Positions 35,345-47,378 of a DNA stretch of 64,000 bases are shown piece by piece. The notes below the pieces were generated by a model. The model saw only the letters and a list, made by a program, of their open reading frames with translations, was not told the origin of the DNA and searched no databases. Origin of the DNA: Trypanosoma brucei (taxonomy: Eukaryota). Made by a program: the position numbers and the translations under genes. Each line of letters begins with the position of its first letter. Position 1 is the first letter of the stretch. The stretch is taken from the NCBI GenBank assembly GCA_000002445.1, contig CM000207.1, forward strand, positions 1,120,001 through 1,184,000, given 5' to 3'.

Positions 35345-37676
35345 ATGCATTCAAGTAGTTCCCTTACCCGTATTTTTTTTTGATCCCCCTCAGACGCCTC
35401 ACATAATTCCTCATTTTCCATATTCTGATGGTCAGGGCAACAATAAACAAAATTAGTTCAGATAATATATCTTTTGACAACTTCACCCTCCCACCAACCA
35501 AATGAAAAAACATACATATATTTCTTTTAGTAATTTTTTTTGATACTTGATCTGACGTTATTGGTCCTTTTGTTAGCACTTCCATTATTATCTGTAGGCG
35601 GTTCCCCGCTTCTACAACACGTTTTGACATTACTGTAGTTTCGATAGTTTGCTATATATATAGCTATCATTTTGCTTTCCTTATCCAAACGCTCATATCA
35701 TGTTTCCAAAATTAGGTCTCGCCCATTCGGTCTCATACTTCAATTGACTCAAGTATAATCGTAATAATGTTCAGGGTTTGTGTGCACGTAGCGCGGTTCG
35801 TTTGGCATCTTTGCTTTTCCGGATTTCACAGCAACAACTTCAAAGCCTCTATTTATTTCAACTTGAAATGGTCACGAATTTTATTCACTATTTATTTTCG
35901 TTTCTCTTCCCTTTGCTTTTCCTGTCCTCAACTTTCATTGCTCTCCATAGGTGCGAGTGGTTCATTTCCATAGCATCGAAGTTATCCACCTCAGTTAAAT
36001 TCTAAAGTAGAAAAACACATTGCCTCTCCGTTCCTTCCATCTCGTTTTCTGGTCTTATGCGCTAGCGTTTTTTTTATTTTCTTCATTGACGTTGAAAATT
36101 AAAAATATATGTATTAATGATGGAATGGCTTATAAAGCAACAAAAATAAGAATATCCATGGAGACCGCGAATTTATTTCGGCGAAACTCCTTTGTTCTTC
36201 TGGTGGTCTTGTCGTAGTTCCAGTGGTTTCTGTAGCTGTGGCGCTTGTAGTTGTTTGTGTATTTGTATTTCCATTTTTTTGTGGTTCGCCTGATCCCTTG
36301 GTTGGTGAGTTTTCCCTTGGGCTTCGCTTCGTCCGTGTATTTGTGTTAGTGTCTGTCTCTGTGCTTGTGGTTGTAGTAGCCGCTGTGTCGGCGTCTGTGA
36401 TTGCATTTTTGCTCATTTCTTCGACCCTCTCCACCAGGTCCTCGAGCTCACTGAGCCATTTGATGCCTCTTGTACTGTCTTGATTGGGTCTCTTCGGATA
36501 CATCACACAAATGCCATTGGTTTGTGTTTCCTGTCCATCGCAGACATTTGGCTCGCTAACTTCGTTCCCTCCGTAGGTGTAGTACCTGCGCCCACTTGAG
36601 CCTTTGCGTTTTTTTATGCCCGTCTCGAGGCGTTTTCTCTTATCTTGAAACTCAGTCCTCGTTGGTGGAACACCAATACGTCCACTTTCGCACTTATTTT
36701 GTAGTTCGCTCCATGTATTTTTGTGGTTGCTTGAGCTTCTCCATGTTTGAGAAATATATCGTTCCTTGTTTCCAGTGTAACAGAGGTCTCCGGGTGGTGA
36801 CGTTCCGTCTCTTCCTTCGCACAAACAAATAAGATCTTTTACAAGTGCCTCTCCTGCTAAGGAAACTCGTCCACCACTGTCCTGTCCGCAGTCCATTTCT
36901 CTGTATCGTTTCCATCCGATTTCATTCACATTTTCAGCATTTGCCCCAAACAATATATCATTAACCTTTTTCTGTAGAGAAGCCACATTTACTGCCGACT
37001 TTCCTTTCAACTGTAGTGACGAGTTTATTCGTTGTGTTAAACTAACAAATCCACATAACGTTTTGAACTCCTCTTCATTAACGATGGTTCCTCCTGCAGT
37101 AGTTGCAAGAGCCAAAGACACACCCACAATTAATCCCAGTGACTCCTTCCACATTTTCATTAACATTCCTTCAATTACCTTCCTTAAAGGAGAACACAAA
37201 CAACGAAAAAAAACCATATGCCTCCATCTTCATTCCCAAATAAATCGTACACGTAACCCAATCAATAACACTTTTACCTGGAAAACCTCCTTTTATTTTC
37301 GGTGCACTGAATTGAATTGAAGGGAACTGCATCTCTTGCGGAGCATGTGTCCCGTTTCCTTTTTTAAGCATCATAAAGGATGGGAGATACGCAATTAACA
37401 CGTTAATGCACATACACCAAACATAATCCTCTTTCCATTACCTCTGCTAATACCCTTCAAGCAAAGGCAAGAAAAAACTTGCTATTCTAACACAATAATT
37501 AACTATATCTGTCTTGATAGCACCTTACACGTGAATACTAGAAGCTGAATAATCATGCATTATTATCCTCACTCTCCGGAGAGCAGTAAAAAGGGCCATC
37601 AAAAGAACTCAAAGGTAGAAACCCGAATAGTCAAGCGTTAGAATTTTCGATTCCTCCTCAAAAGTTGTGCTAACAG
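35345..37676. repeat. Segmental duplication module B, copy 1 (about 2.3 kb; partner at 48422-50748, offset 13,076 bp)
   Basis: ORFs 36114..37217 and 49190..50293 differ by a single amino acid. Flanking non-coding sequence, including ORFs 35364..35630 / 48440..48706 and 37171..37413 / 50247..50489, is essentially identical. Similarity stops at 37676 / 50748. Confidence 0.9.
36114..37217 (-). CDS. VSG-like (B-type motif) surface glycoprotein with Thr-rich C-terminal stalk and hydrophobic tail (367 aa as listed; true start probably the internal MWKESL... near 37154)
   Basis: Signal-peptide-like KMWKESLGLIVGVSLALATTAGG. B-type hallmark LAGEALVKDLICLCEGRDG. A stalk dominated by T/N/D/E (TTTTSTETDTNTNTRTK...NTNTQTTTSATATETTGTTT). 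C-terminal SPWIFLFLLLY. The N-terminal 21 residues of the listed ORF look like a spurious extension. Confidence 0.7.
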   Translation of the reverse strand: MVFFRCLCSPLRKVIEGMLMKMWKESLGLIVGVSLALATTAGGTIVNEEEFKTLCGFVSLTQRINSSLQLKGKSAVNVASLQKKVNDILFGANAENVNEIGWKRYREMDCGQDSGGRVSLAGEALVKDLICLCEGRDGTSPPGDLCYTGNKERYISQTWRSSSNHKNTWSELQNKCESGRIGVPPTRTEFQDKRKRLETGIKKRKGSSGRRYYTYGGNEVSEPNVCDGQETQTNGICVMYPKRPNQDSTRGIKWLSELEDLVERVEEMSKNAITDADTAATTTTSTETDTNTNTRTKRSPRENSPTKGSGEPQKNGNTNTQTTTSATATETTGTTTRPPEEQRSFAEINSRSPWIFLFLLLYKPFHH

Positions 37677-38885
37677 CACTCAGACTTACACAACAACATC
37701 GTAGCCTATAGGTCACACACCCTGATAAAATTAAGGCATCTTTACCGTGCCAACTTTAACATGTCAAGGAAGGTTTAGGACATTTCTAACGAGTCCTTAG
37801 TTTATTCTATCTGTTCACAAACCCTCACTCAAAGTCCCTGTTTTTAGATACCACAGACCTTTGTGGAGCCGCCTGAGTTTAGAGGAATTTTCGATGCAGC
37901 GATGGTATTTCTTATCCCTGCATCGGTTGAACAAGTGGGGAATTCGTCATAAAAGGTGGCGCATTCAAATGTGATGATATTCAATCCGCAGTTTAAACCA
38001 CCAGCATTGCCTAATTTTCCGAAGTGTAGTTTTTTTCGTGGCAAAACATACACATAACTTCTTTATGATTTTCCCTAAACAAGAAAGAATCAAATTTGAT
38101 GTTGTCAATTTTTTAGTAGCAATAATGAGAATATATTGGTGACCCCTGAGGGTCCGCCCACTTAAATTTTAAATGCAGATATGGATAGTAGCAAGTCTCT
38201 TGAGCCTGCGTTTTCACTACCTAAGAGTAGAGCAAACGACTCCAGCTCCTGAAGGTGTTTTGGAAAAGCAGCTCTCTCCGCAACCTCTTTTGGAAAATGT
38301 GAAGTGTGATATTCCTAGATTCATTAGGAATACACAACCTCCGATACTGGAACAAACAAAAACATTGCTTACTTACTAGCCATTAGCCCCATAGAAATCT
38401 TCACAAGAGCTTGAGCACGTCACCCTTTTTGACTCAAAAGAGGTAACGTGTCATGTGTCTGGTCTCGTTCACTACACTTGATGCGAGCTCATCTTCATGC
38501 ATTACATACAGGGTGCATACAGAGTCAGGAAACTTCGTGTAAAAACAACAACAACAACAACAGACCTCCGCGATTCTTCCTTAAGTTTGTAGACAATATT
38601 GTGAAGTAATTATATTGTGGGCTAAAACTGATCCATAATCACTTCTTTCTCTCCAGGTCCACTTTCTGGTCGCACCATAATTGCCTTTAGAAGAGGTAAT
38701 AAATCACTTGTTTTTCTCGAGCACAACTGCGACGTTGTCATTATGGTTTGTCTTTCCCTTCTAGAATTTTAGTCATCCACATTCCAAATAAGTGTTACCT
38801 TTATAAAATATGACACTAAAATCCACTATTATTCATACTAATAATGTTATTATTAACATAAAGAAATCACGCGTGTTAGATTGCT

Positions 38886-40031
38886 TTATATCAACAGCAA
38901 CAAAATCACCAACAGAGGTGAAATAACTTGAGTTTCATTTTTTGGTCGAAGTGGCTTTTGTGATTGTCGTGACGATTCTGTAGTGTTTGTTTCTCTTGAA
39001 CTAAACGGATCAGTGTCCGTAGTAGTTTGCGTATTTGTATTTGTGTTTTTGCCTGATGTTACGGATGCCTCGCTCTCTGCTGCTGTTTGAGGGTGTTGTG
39101 GGTGTGGCTGAGCTGGGAGTGGTTTATTTTTTTCTTCCACATTTTGCTCCGGGGGTTGCACAACAGGTTGTGAAACCCTAGGTTGTTGGTGCGTTTTCCC
39201 TCCTTCTGGATTATTTTCTTTCGATACTGGCGGCCCCTCATTCTTTCTTGCCTCGTTTTGAGGGTTGGCCAGTTTTTCGATAAGTTTTTCCAGTCGTGTA
39301 AGCCACTCGACGTTCAGCCTTCCCGTTTCCTCACCTCCCAGTTTGTACATAACACAAGGGGCGTCCCTCAGATTATCTGAAGCTCCGCAGGATTGAGTGA
39401 TTGGTGGACTTCCGTGTCCAAAGCGCTTTGTTTCGCTGTTTCCCGTTCCTCTTTCCCTTTCCTTTAGTTTTGTTGAAAGATTCTCCTTCATTGTTTTCAA
39501 AGTTTTGGCATCAGGTCTCGCAGCGTAAATTGCTGTGGAACATTTTTCCATAACGCTTTTCCAATGCTGTTCTGCTTGTGTTCCGTTGCTCCAGCTTTCT
39601 TCACCATTTTGCCATATGTTGCTTTCATAGCACAGATTGACCATTTCGCCTTTACCATTTTGTGGCTTGCACAAACACAGAAGATCTACTGCCAACGCTT
39701 TACCTGCAAAAATAACTTCACTCGACGTCACTGCATCTACGTAACCGCAGTCATTATAGCGTCGATCTTTTCCATTCCAATTAAGGGAGCCATCACTTCC
39801 ATCTCCGTACAATATTGTGTTTATGGTAGTGTTATATTCGTTTTCATTGTCGCCTACTTCATCCTCGTTTTGTTTAACCAACTCTCGTATTCCCAGTGTT
39901 AAATTTAAAAAACTGCATAGTGTGTCAAATTCTTCTTTATTCTTTACGGAGCCGTCTGGGGATGCCTGACAACTCACTTCTTTTATCACCAAAACCAGGC
40001 ATATCAAAAACCTAACTGAGTATTTCCACAT
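38886..40031 (-). CDS. VSG-like (B-type motif) surface glycoprotein with Thr-rich C-terminal stalk and hydrophobic tail (381 aa), the intact copy
   Basis: ATG verified (MWKYSVRFLICLVLVIKEVSCQ, a signal peptide). FAGKALAVDLLCLCKPQNG. C-terminal NTNTNTQTTTDTDP... then ISPLLVILLLLI. It is the uninterrupted paralogue of pseudogene 16965..18110. Confidence 0.75.
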   Translation of the reverse strand: MWKYSVRFLICLVLVIKEVSCQASPDGSVKNKEEFDTLCSFLNLTLGIRELVKQNEDEVGDNENEYNTTINTILYGDGSDGSLNWNGKDRRYNDCGYVDAVTSSEVIFAGKALAVDLLCLCKPQNGKGEMVNLCYESNIWQNGEESWSNGTQAEQHWKSVMEKCSTAIYAARPDAKTLKTMKENLSTKLKERERGTGNSETKRFGHGSPPITQSCGASDNLRDAPCVMYKLGGEETGRLNVEWLTRLEKLIEKLANPQNEARKNEGPPVSKENNPEGGKTHQQPRVSQPVVQPPEQNVEEKNKPLPAQPHPQHPQTAAESEASVTSGKNTNTNTQTTTDTDPFSSRETNTTESSRQSQKPLRPKNETQVISPLLVILLLLI

Positions 40032-40934
40032 TTTCTTGGCTTTCCCGTCTAACTCCTAAGTTTCAGAGGAAGAATTTGTTCAGCGAGTTTCGCAAACATT
40101 AAAACATATTTTTGATCTTCAAATAGAAGCGCAAATTTATATTATACATGCACCATCATACAAGTAATGCACCACGTTAGAATGTGAAAACATTCAGTTA
40201 AATTACTGATGGGTAAGCATCATTCGCTGCTGGGGCAAATCATTGTTGCATTCAGAGTCGACAACTAATCAATTATGTGCAATTTTGCTTTGCAACAAAA
40301 GAAATGCTTATTTTCTTGATGTGCGTGTTTACTCTTCACCCCTGCGGATCACCATTAACAGGAGCAAACCCTCTTCTTCATCACTTTAAAAACAGAAAAA
40401 ATGCATCACATACTAGTTCTCACACGCTCCAAAAAATTTCGCTTTATAATGTACTTTTTAGAAAGGTTTTCATGGTCCACATGGCTTCAGTGGTCATTCA
40501 ATTTCACGACAGGTTACCTCTCTACACAGATCGCGCAGTGCACCACTCCAATAGTCCCTTTTTTACTTCATACCCTTCATAGACTCTGACCCTGTGAAGA
40601 GGGGGAGTAGAAGCATGCTCACTCGTGGATCGCGTCCGCAGAAAAAATAAAAATATTCTATTACTATATACGCGGACTACGCTACAAGTATAGAATCCTA
40701 TAATCCATTATGAATGTGTTTTCTGTTCTTTAGACCGAGGTGTACGCATTTACACCTTCCTACAGTCAAGCTATACGCACAAATCATAGAACGAAATGAT
40801 AAATTGTAACGGGGGTAAAACGTAATGGATGTGTCTCCAAACACGATTATCATCGAATCAATATAGCTAAAGTGATGTGGACTCCAAGTTAGTAATCCCA
40901 AAAACAAAACCATTGCACAAAATACAACATTGAA

Positions 40935-42050
40935 TCACATAACCAACATTTCTGCAAAAAATATTAGACCTATTATGGCGTGTTGCTTCCTCATTTTGAA
41001 TCCTTCTTCATCTATAACATCGTCTTCATCCTCACCTCCCTTGCGCTTCCTCCCACTCTCCTTGAAATACCTACGCACCATCGGGCTCTGAGTTAACAAT
41101 TCTTTTAGTTTATTTTCATGCTTTGCAAAGGATGTAAGGGTTGGCTGTACATCACGGTACTGTTTTGTAATTCTTTCGTATCCTCTTCTAACCAAAGTGT
41201 AGTTCTTGATCAGTTCGCGCACCATGTCACTAGATTTCAGAATAACGGCAGAATCTTTTTTGTAGGTAACAAACCCTCCAGTAGTTCCCACTATGAAAGA
41301 TCCAGGTCCTCCATTTGCAACCTCTTCCGTGCCCATGATCCAGCACTTTGTGCTGTTATCGGCTGTTAGTTCGACTTCTCGGTTAGCTGTGTATTTTTCA
41401 AGCACAGACAATATACCATCATCTGAATTATCCTCAGTGAAAGACATATTACATTTGTTTGGGGCTTTTACTGCTTCGTATTTGCAATTACCTTCCCCAC
41501 CACTTCCACATCCATTCTCACCTCCCGAAGAGCCTGCTTCCTTCACCAAACAACACCATTTACTTTCTTCATCCTTCGTTTTCTCAAACAATACTACCAA
41601 ATCCCTCAATACTTGTCCAATTGACAGTGATGCATTCACAACATGATAGGAGACTCTCACAATGTCTAAGAAACTAGCATCCATTACCTGAAGAGCATTA
41701 TCCATATTATTCATTACTTTTTCCATTTCCACATATGTTTTCTTTACATTTTTCATCTCACTTCCATTAACAACCCCTATCTTCTCCAGACCCTGCACTA
41801 TTGCTTTCCATGTTCTCCCCTTTACACCATGCCGATGCCGCCATTCCCGAAACTTATCTACCATTCCTGTCGCATTTTGGTGCTTCTTCAGAATCTCAGC
41901 ACTCACAACCCTTAAGGCATGACTGAGGTTACACAATGTTTCAGCTCCCTTGAGAGTCATAGCCTTTCCAGAAGGTTGCCCCTCCACTGTCCCAGTGACA
42001 ATGCCAAACACTGTCAGGCACACTGCAAGAAAAAGTGATATCACCTTCAT
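40935..42050 (-). CDS. VSG-like surface glycoprotein (371 aa), paralogue of 19014..20129
   Basis: Identical length. 6 amino-acid differences from copy 1, mostly charge-changing (E/K, S/R, K/R). Confidence 0.65.
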   Translation of the reverse strand: MKVISLFLAVCLTVFGIVTGTVEGQPSGKAMTLKGAETLCNLSHALRVVSAEILKKHQNATGMVDKFREWRHRHGVKGRTWKAIVQGLEKIGVVNGSEMKNVKKTYVEMEKVMNNMDNALQVMDASFLDIVRVSYHVVNASLSIGQVLRDLVVLFEKTKDEESKWCCLVKEAGSSGGENGCGSGGEGNCKYEAVKAPNKCNMSFTEDNSDDGILSVLEKYTANREVELTADNSTKCWIMGTEEVANGGPGSFIVGTTGGFVTYKKDSAVILKSSDMVRELIKNYTLVRRGYERITKQYRDVQPTLTSFAKHENKLKELLTQSPMVRRYFKESGRKRKGGEDEDDVIDEEGFKMRKQHAIIGLIFFAEMLVM

Positions 42051-42218
42051 TATTTATCTAAAAACGAAACAAGTTTACTTGAGGCAATTTAATACAGTAT
42101 ATCTCATTAGAAACTAACACGCACATGAACACACATATGCATACATACACACCATTTTAAATGCAACAAAGACGCAAAAAAAAACATAACATAACATATT
42201 TGGTAATGTAATATTAAA

Positions 42219-43637
42219 CTAAAAGATAAGAATAAGAGATAAGAATAATAACAATATAAACCCCCACGTTTCCATATTCAAATGAGTAAGTCCATCATTA
42301 TTTACCTCAGTATTATCACCTTCGCTGTCACCCTTTACTCGGCTACTTTTCCATAGCTCTGCATCACCACCTAGTTTCACCTCAAGAAATATTTCCTCGG
42401 CCTCGTGTTGATACTCTTCCAACTCATGAAGATGACTGTCAGCTTCTTTTGAATATTTATCCATTTCTTGCAGTTGCTCGGTAGCGTTAGTAAGACGATT
42501 GTACCATGGAATTCCACCATTTTCAAGTGTGTACTTGTAACTGACACATGTGAATCCAGCAGTATGACCCGTGCATGTCCGATTTTCGTTTTTATCAGTT
42601 CTCACATAACCAAAAATACCCTTCACCTGATATTTATCCTGTTCCAAATTCACTAAGGCATCAAACTGAGCTAATGCACTTTTCAAAGTCTTTACATTCG
42701 ATGCAACGTTTTTGTACACACAAGCTTTACTAATCACATCCCATGCCTCAGTGTAATTGTATTTTATGTTGTCTGGGCTGCAGGGGCTGCTATTGCCCTT
42801 ACAGTAATTTGCCATCATTGTCCAACTTCCATTTTTTGGTCTTCTTATTTCATCTTTACAAGGACAATTGAACCCATTATAAACACTATCACTATATTTG
42901 CCCTTACCGCTCTCTTCTTTTTTTTTATCTTCATTATCTTCATTATCTTCTTCCTCTTTCTCGTCTCTTTTCTGCCTCATATCTTCAGTCACATTTATAG
43001 CCTCTCCCACACATAGACAGAAAAAGTCATTGATTAGTGTCTTTCCAACCAGCTTGTCTCCATAAGAACCGCAACTCGTGCCTGCATTATCAATACTATT
43101 GAACAGCAGTGACTTGTTTCCCCTCATGGCTTTCTCTAGAGTTTTATTCTCATTTCGCGCCACATCCACAGCGTCTCCATACACAGCTTTCAACATATTG
43201 TCTTCGGCAGAACGACTTGCATTTAACGCTTTTGTCCTATTCACTTCTATTTCTTCCTTCAGCTTTTTCGCCTTTTCAAGCAGTTGTATCATCAACTGAT
43301 ATGCTGTCGTGCTGTTAGATGAATTGCTCGAGCCTTTATTACTTCCAGCGGCCCCCACCACACTGACCTTTTCCTCCAACTTCTTCAGAATCTCTCCTTC
43401 CTTCTCACGGTTCTTGAAGGGGGGTTGTGGTGCTTCTGCCTGCGTAATTCGGTAAATTTTGCACAGTGTCTCGAACTCACCAACGTTATGGTATTTGTAA
43501 CTATCGTCGATGTAATCCGTAATGCTTCCCCAGTCAACCATATCAGGCCGCCATTTGTACGACCCCATATCTCCCTGAAAGGAAGGAGATAAAACAGCTG
43601 CAAAAAGCCCAACAGCGAACACTATTTCACACCTCAT
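42219..43637 (-). CDS. Variant surface glycoprotein (472 aa), paralogue of 20297..21715
   Basis: Identical length. About 10 amino-acid differences. Six of these fall within a 20-residue window (QPSFKNREKEANILNELEEM versus QPPFKNREKEGEILKKLEEK). Confidence 0.8.
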   Translation of the reverse strand: MRCEIVFAVGLFAAVLSPSFQGDMGSYKWRPDMVDWGSITDYIDDSYKYHNVGEFETLCKIYRITQAEAPQPPFKNREKEGEILKKLEEKVSVVGAAGSNKGSSNSSNSTTAYQLMIQLLEKAKKLKEEIEVNRTKALNASRSAEDNMLKAVYGDAVDVARNENKTLEKAMRGNKSLLFNSIDNAGTSCGSYGDKLVGKTLINDFFCLCVGEAINVTEDMRQKRDEKEEEDNEDNEDKKKEESGKGKYSDSVYNGFNCPCKDEIRRPKNGSWTMMANYCKGNSSPCSPDNIKYNYTEAWDVISKACVYKNVASNVKTLKSALAQFDALVNLEQDKYQVKGIFGYVRTDKNENRTCTGHTAGFTCVSYKYTLENGGIPWYNRLTNATEQLQEMDKYSKEADSHLHELEEYQHEAEEIFLEVKLGGDAELWKSSRVKGDSEGDNTEVNNDGLTHLNMETWGFILLLFLSLILIF

Positions 43638-46600
43638 TGTGGCTGTTTTTTTTACTTTTATCAGTTAAACAAATTGGAGAAAAACCTCATCATCGCAGTC
43701 ATTATTGCTATTGGTAGACGCACTCAACAGACGTATACAATGAAAAATATTGAAATTAATAAGTGCCTGGCTCAAACCAACTACAACAGGACCCAACAAA
43801 GAGTAAATCACATTCCAAAACACATTTACATGAGTTCCCTCTCGTCATGCTGGATATCAACATAAAGTTCCTTTACAACTGTTTTGTTTCTCCAATATCT
43901 TCCTCCACCAAATTAACCTCCACTACCTTAACTACCATTCTGGCTTGTCCCAATTTTCTAACTGAGTTGCGCTTCTATTTTCTGTATTTCCTCGTTAGTG
44001 ACTTATCCACTACCCTAATGTGTACCTGCACTTTCATACTATTTTTTTTTCACATCCTGTACCAACTCCTTTAAACTCTGCTTCTGAGTCCCATTTAGCA
44101 TATCCCGCTCTTTTCATAAGCACATTGACAATACTCTTCGTTACTCTTTTTGTGAGCATGTGCAGCTTCCCGTCCTCCATTTTCTTAGACGACACATTGT
44201 TTAATATAAAAGTTGTATCTTAAAAATACCATCAGTGGACACTTATTATTGAAGCCCTTGTTATACGGTGACGTTACGGGATATAATGTCAGTCACCAAC
44301 ACAAAAAAAACGGCTCCAGAATAACAAGAGACCCTCTTTGTCACCACCCTCGTTAGAATTATTTACCACAATCAAAGATGTCACCATTCTTATAGATACG
44401 CTGGTGACAAAAAAGGAGGTCACATACGTAACCATTTATCCTCTCAGTGAACTCTCATCACCTTTACTCCACACAAGTTCGTTACATTAGCAAAAAACAA
44501 ACGGCAAAAACGCTACTTGGGTTAGCTCAAAATCAAACACTCCATCCTTACAGCAAATACAGAGAGCATTCACACACTCCATTCCCCCACAAAATACAGA
44601 TGGTGGAGACAGCCACAGTTATCACAACTCACAATTAAGATAACTCAAGCAAAGACACTCCAACGAAATAGAAGACCAATAACACGAAACATGTGAGCAC
44701 GGACATACAACGTCTTGCATGTATTTTATTATGGAGTAGGGGGAACGTATCCGAAAGTATTTGCTACACAGTAAAATTACTACTATTAGCCACGGCGCTA
44801 TCGAGATGTGTCGAGCAGTACCGAAGCACAGTTGCCATAGATTTCGTTGAAAAGTAGGTAGAAAAGAGGTAATGTTGGATAACGTGGCAACAAGCACGGA
44901 AGATGGATGGCCAGTAGTAGAGGCAAACATGATAACTCTACCTTACTGGAACCGTTACTCTAAATGTGACAGAACACAGTGCCGTCATTTGCAACACTTA
45001 TCACCGCACATATTTTCCTCCTTACTCGACACATCGGCTTTCAGTCAAGCACAAATAGGGGAGATTATTGCTATGATTCCCATTACTAACGGTGTGGGTT
45101 TTCTTGCCGTGAGTAGTGAGTAGCACACGTCCATTGCAGAATTCTAAACCCTCAATTGATTTAACCGGTCACTTATGGGATGCGATTTGGCGTGCAGTTT
45201 ATTGGTAATTCTCAGAGATGCACTGCCTTTGGTCGTGAGTCTACGATAACAATTTACTGCAAACGTTTGTACCACCTTATCAAACGTAGTCAACTGCACA
45301 TCCTCTACCATTTCGCTCCCGTTTTACTTAATTGGTATTCTTGTTACAATGCTGGATCCTTGACATTACCTGTTTCTTTTGCTGTTATCATTTAGGAAGG
45401 TTGAGACCCGTCATGTCCCTTTTGTGAATCCCATCCGTGACCAAATCAATTACAAACGGAGTGCCATGAATGCTTCTCGCTGTGTCCCCACTGTTGTGAC
45501 AATAACACTTGTAATGCATGTCAGTCTAACAGCGTTTTATAACCTTTGAGCAGATTTCAATGGGCCCAATATAGACCACAAGGTGGGTAGCTATTGCATT
45601 GGCGTCTTCGTTCCGTCAACCCTATTTCCTGACTCAACAAGTCTCGCCCAATTGAGTGCCACCGCACCAAAGCAACTGCATACTGTTCATTAGGTAGATC
45701 ATTCCGCAAAGTTATTTCGGTCACCTCGCCACGCAGACTAGCCAGCCCCAGAGGGTTTGTTGTTTTTACCTTCTGCTGAGGAGGTTGAAAATCACGTTCT
45801 CGTACGCCCTTTTCCCCCGCTGCCTGCTCATGCATTCGAATTATTCAAATGGTGCGCTCAGACATTCTCTCTGGTCCTACTCAACTAGTATCAGAAGTGT
45901 CGGTTAAGATTTGTGAGTGAGAGTTCTGAGCAGCTTCTTTCCAGGATACTGCTTGTCTACAGTCGCTACAACTTTTGGTTGCTTTCAGGCTTAAACACTA
46001 CTTCCTTTGTTTCCACCACTGTGCAAATGCAAACGCATTCTTGTTTCCCCCTTCCCTGTTCCACAGTATCCGGCGCGCTCCTAAGAATTGAATTGCCTGT
46101 ATCCCATGGTTACGGCACTTCCTTGGGTCGTACAATTGGTCCAGACAGTCTCTGCTAGTCTTGTTGCAGGTTTCTACCTCGGAAGAGTACGGTCTAACAC
46201 TCTGCTTGATTGGGCACCTCACTTTCGCCAGAAACTACAGTTACTGGCATAACCAATTAGCTTCAAGTAATACGCTTATATTGGTATTCACGAGATTTAT
46301 TACGCGTAAGTTGAAGTACTCATTAACAAGCGATAAGTAGAGTAAAGTTATAATCTTAAAGTCCAGTAGTGTCAAAAAAAGATAGTATATCCGCGGCCAG
46401 GTTAATCTTGCCAGTACACGTAGAATTATGCAAATAATAAAGTAATCAACCAAAAGAAAAAGTGCTAGCAATGTATTTTTCAGCGTCTTCTCGTTAAAAT
46501 TTTATTATTTCTGCGCTTAAGTTTGCGAGTTTCAATACAGTTTGCAGCAATTGTGCTACTATCTTAGTCAAATGGGTTTTGCAATCAACGCTTACAAAAA

Positions 46601-47378
46601 AAAATATATATATATATAACCAATGACACCCCAGTGGTGCTCGCTCCAATGAGCTGTGTTCGTTAATTAAATCATTGTAGTGGAGGTGTTGTTACCATCT
46701 TCGTTAATTCCTTCCTTCACATCCGCGTGCATTTGTGTTCTATTTACCGTTATTGACCTTTCTAGCATATCAATTCCTCGTAAATTTCGTGCACTTAGCA
46801 ATTTATTAGCATTTGGATCATTCATGTTTTTATCCGATATTCACACACACTAAAAAATATCTTAAGTTTATCGATAGGATTTCACACATGCTTAAAGAGA
46901 TAGTTAGCTTCTTTAGAAAGATTTAAATTTGCAATGCTATTAAGCTAATCCTCACACTAACTTCTATTACATTTTTGAAAAATTCAACTGTGTGTTACTT
47001 TCTTAATACCAATGAAGTTAAATTTTCTTACCTCATTTGCAGTAACATTTTTCAGTTCGTTTACTCTTTTTGATATCGTATTTATAGTCCTTTTATTATT
47101 AGTGCATTTTACCTTATACACTCGAGAATTTTAACTTGATTTTTTCCATTCCAACTATTCTCCTTAGTTTTGCACATTACCGATAAATATGTTGATGCTA
47201 TCCACACCTTTTGCAGCAACGCCATTTTAAATAGTATGTGGTTGCAACGTTCCGGAAGTGTGTCTCTTGTAAAAGAAGTTGCCATTTGGCCACTGATTCT
47301 CAATCTGTCCCTTGTGTTATGTATTACCAATTTCACTGAAAGCTTGCACACTTTTTCACGGATATGGGGCAATGAGTT

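Larger units (their letters stand above)
37711..46270. repeat. Segmental duplication module A, copy 2 (partner of 15792-24210)
   Basis: See copy 1. Copy 2 carries the intact version of the 381-aa gene. Confidence 0.9.

Noticed and set aside
35364-35630. 88-aa minus-strand ORF conserved in both B-module copies (also at 48440..48706)
   Set aside because: Conservation is explained by the whole module being identical. There is no signal peptide and there are no motifs. The two copies differ exactly where the module boundary diverges.
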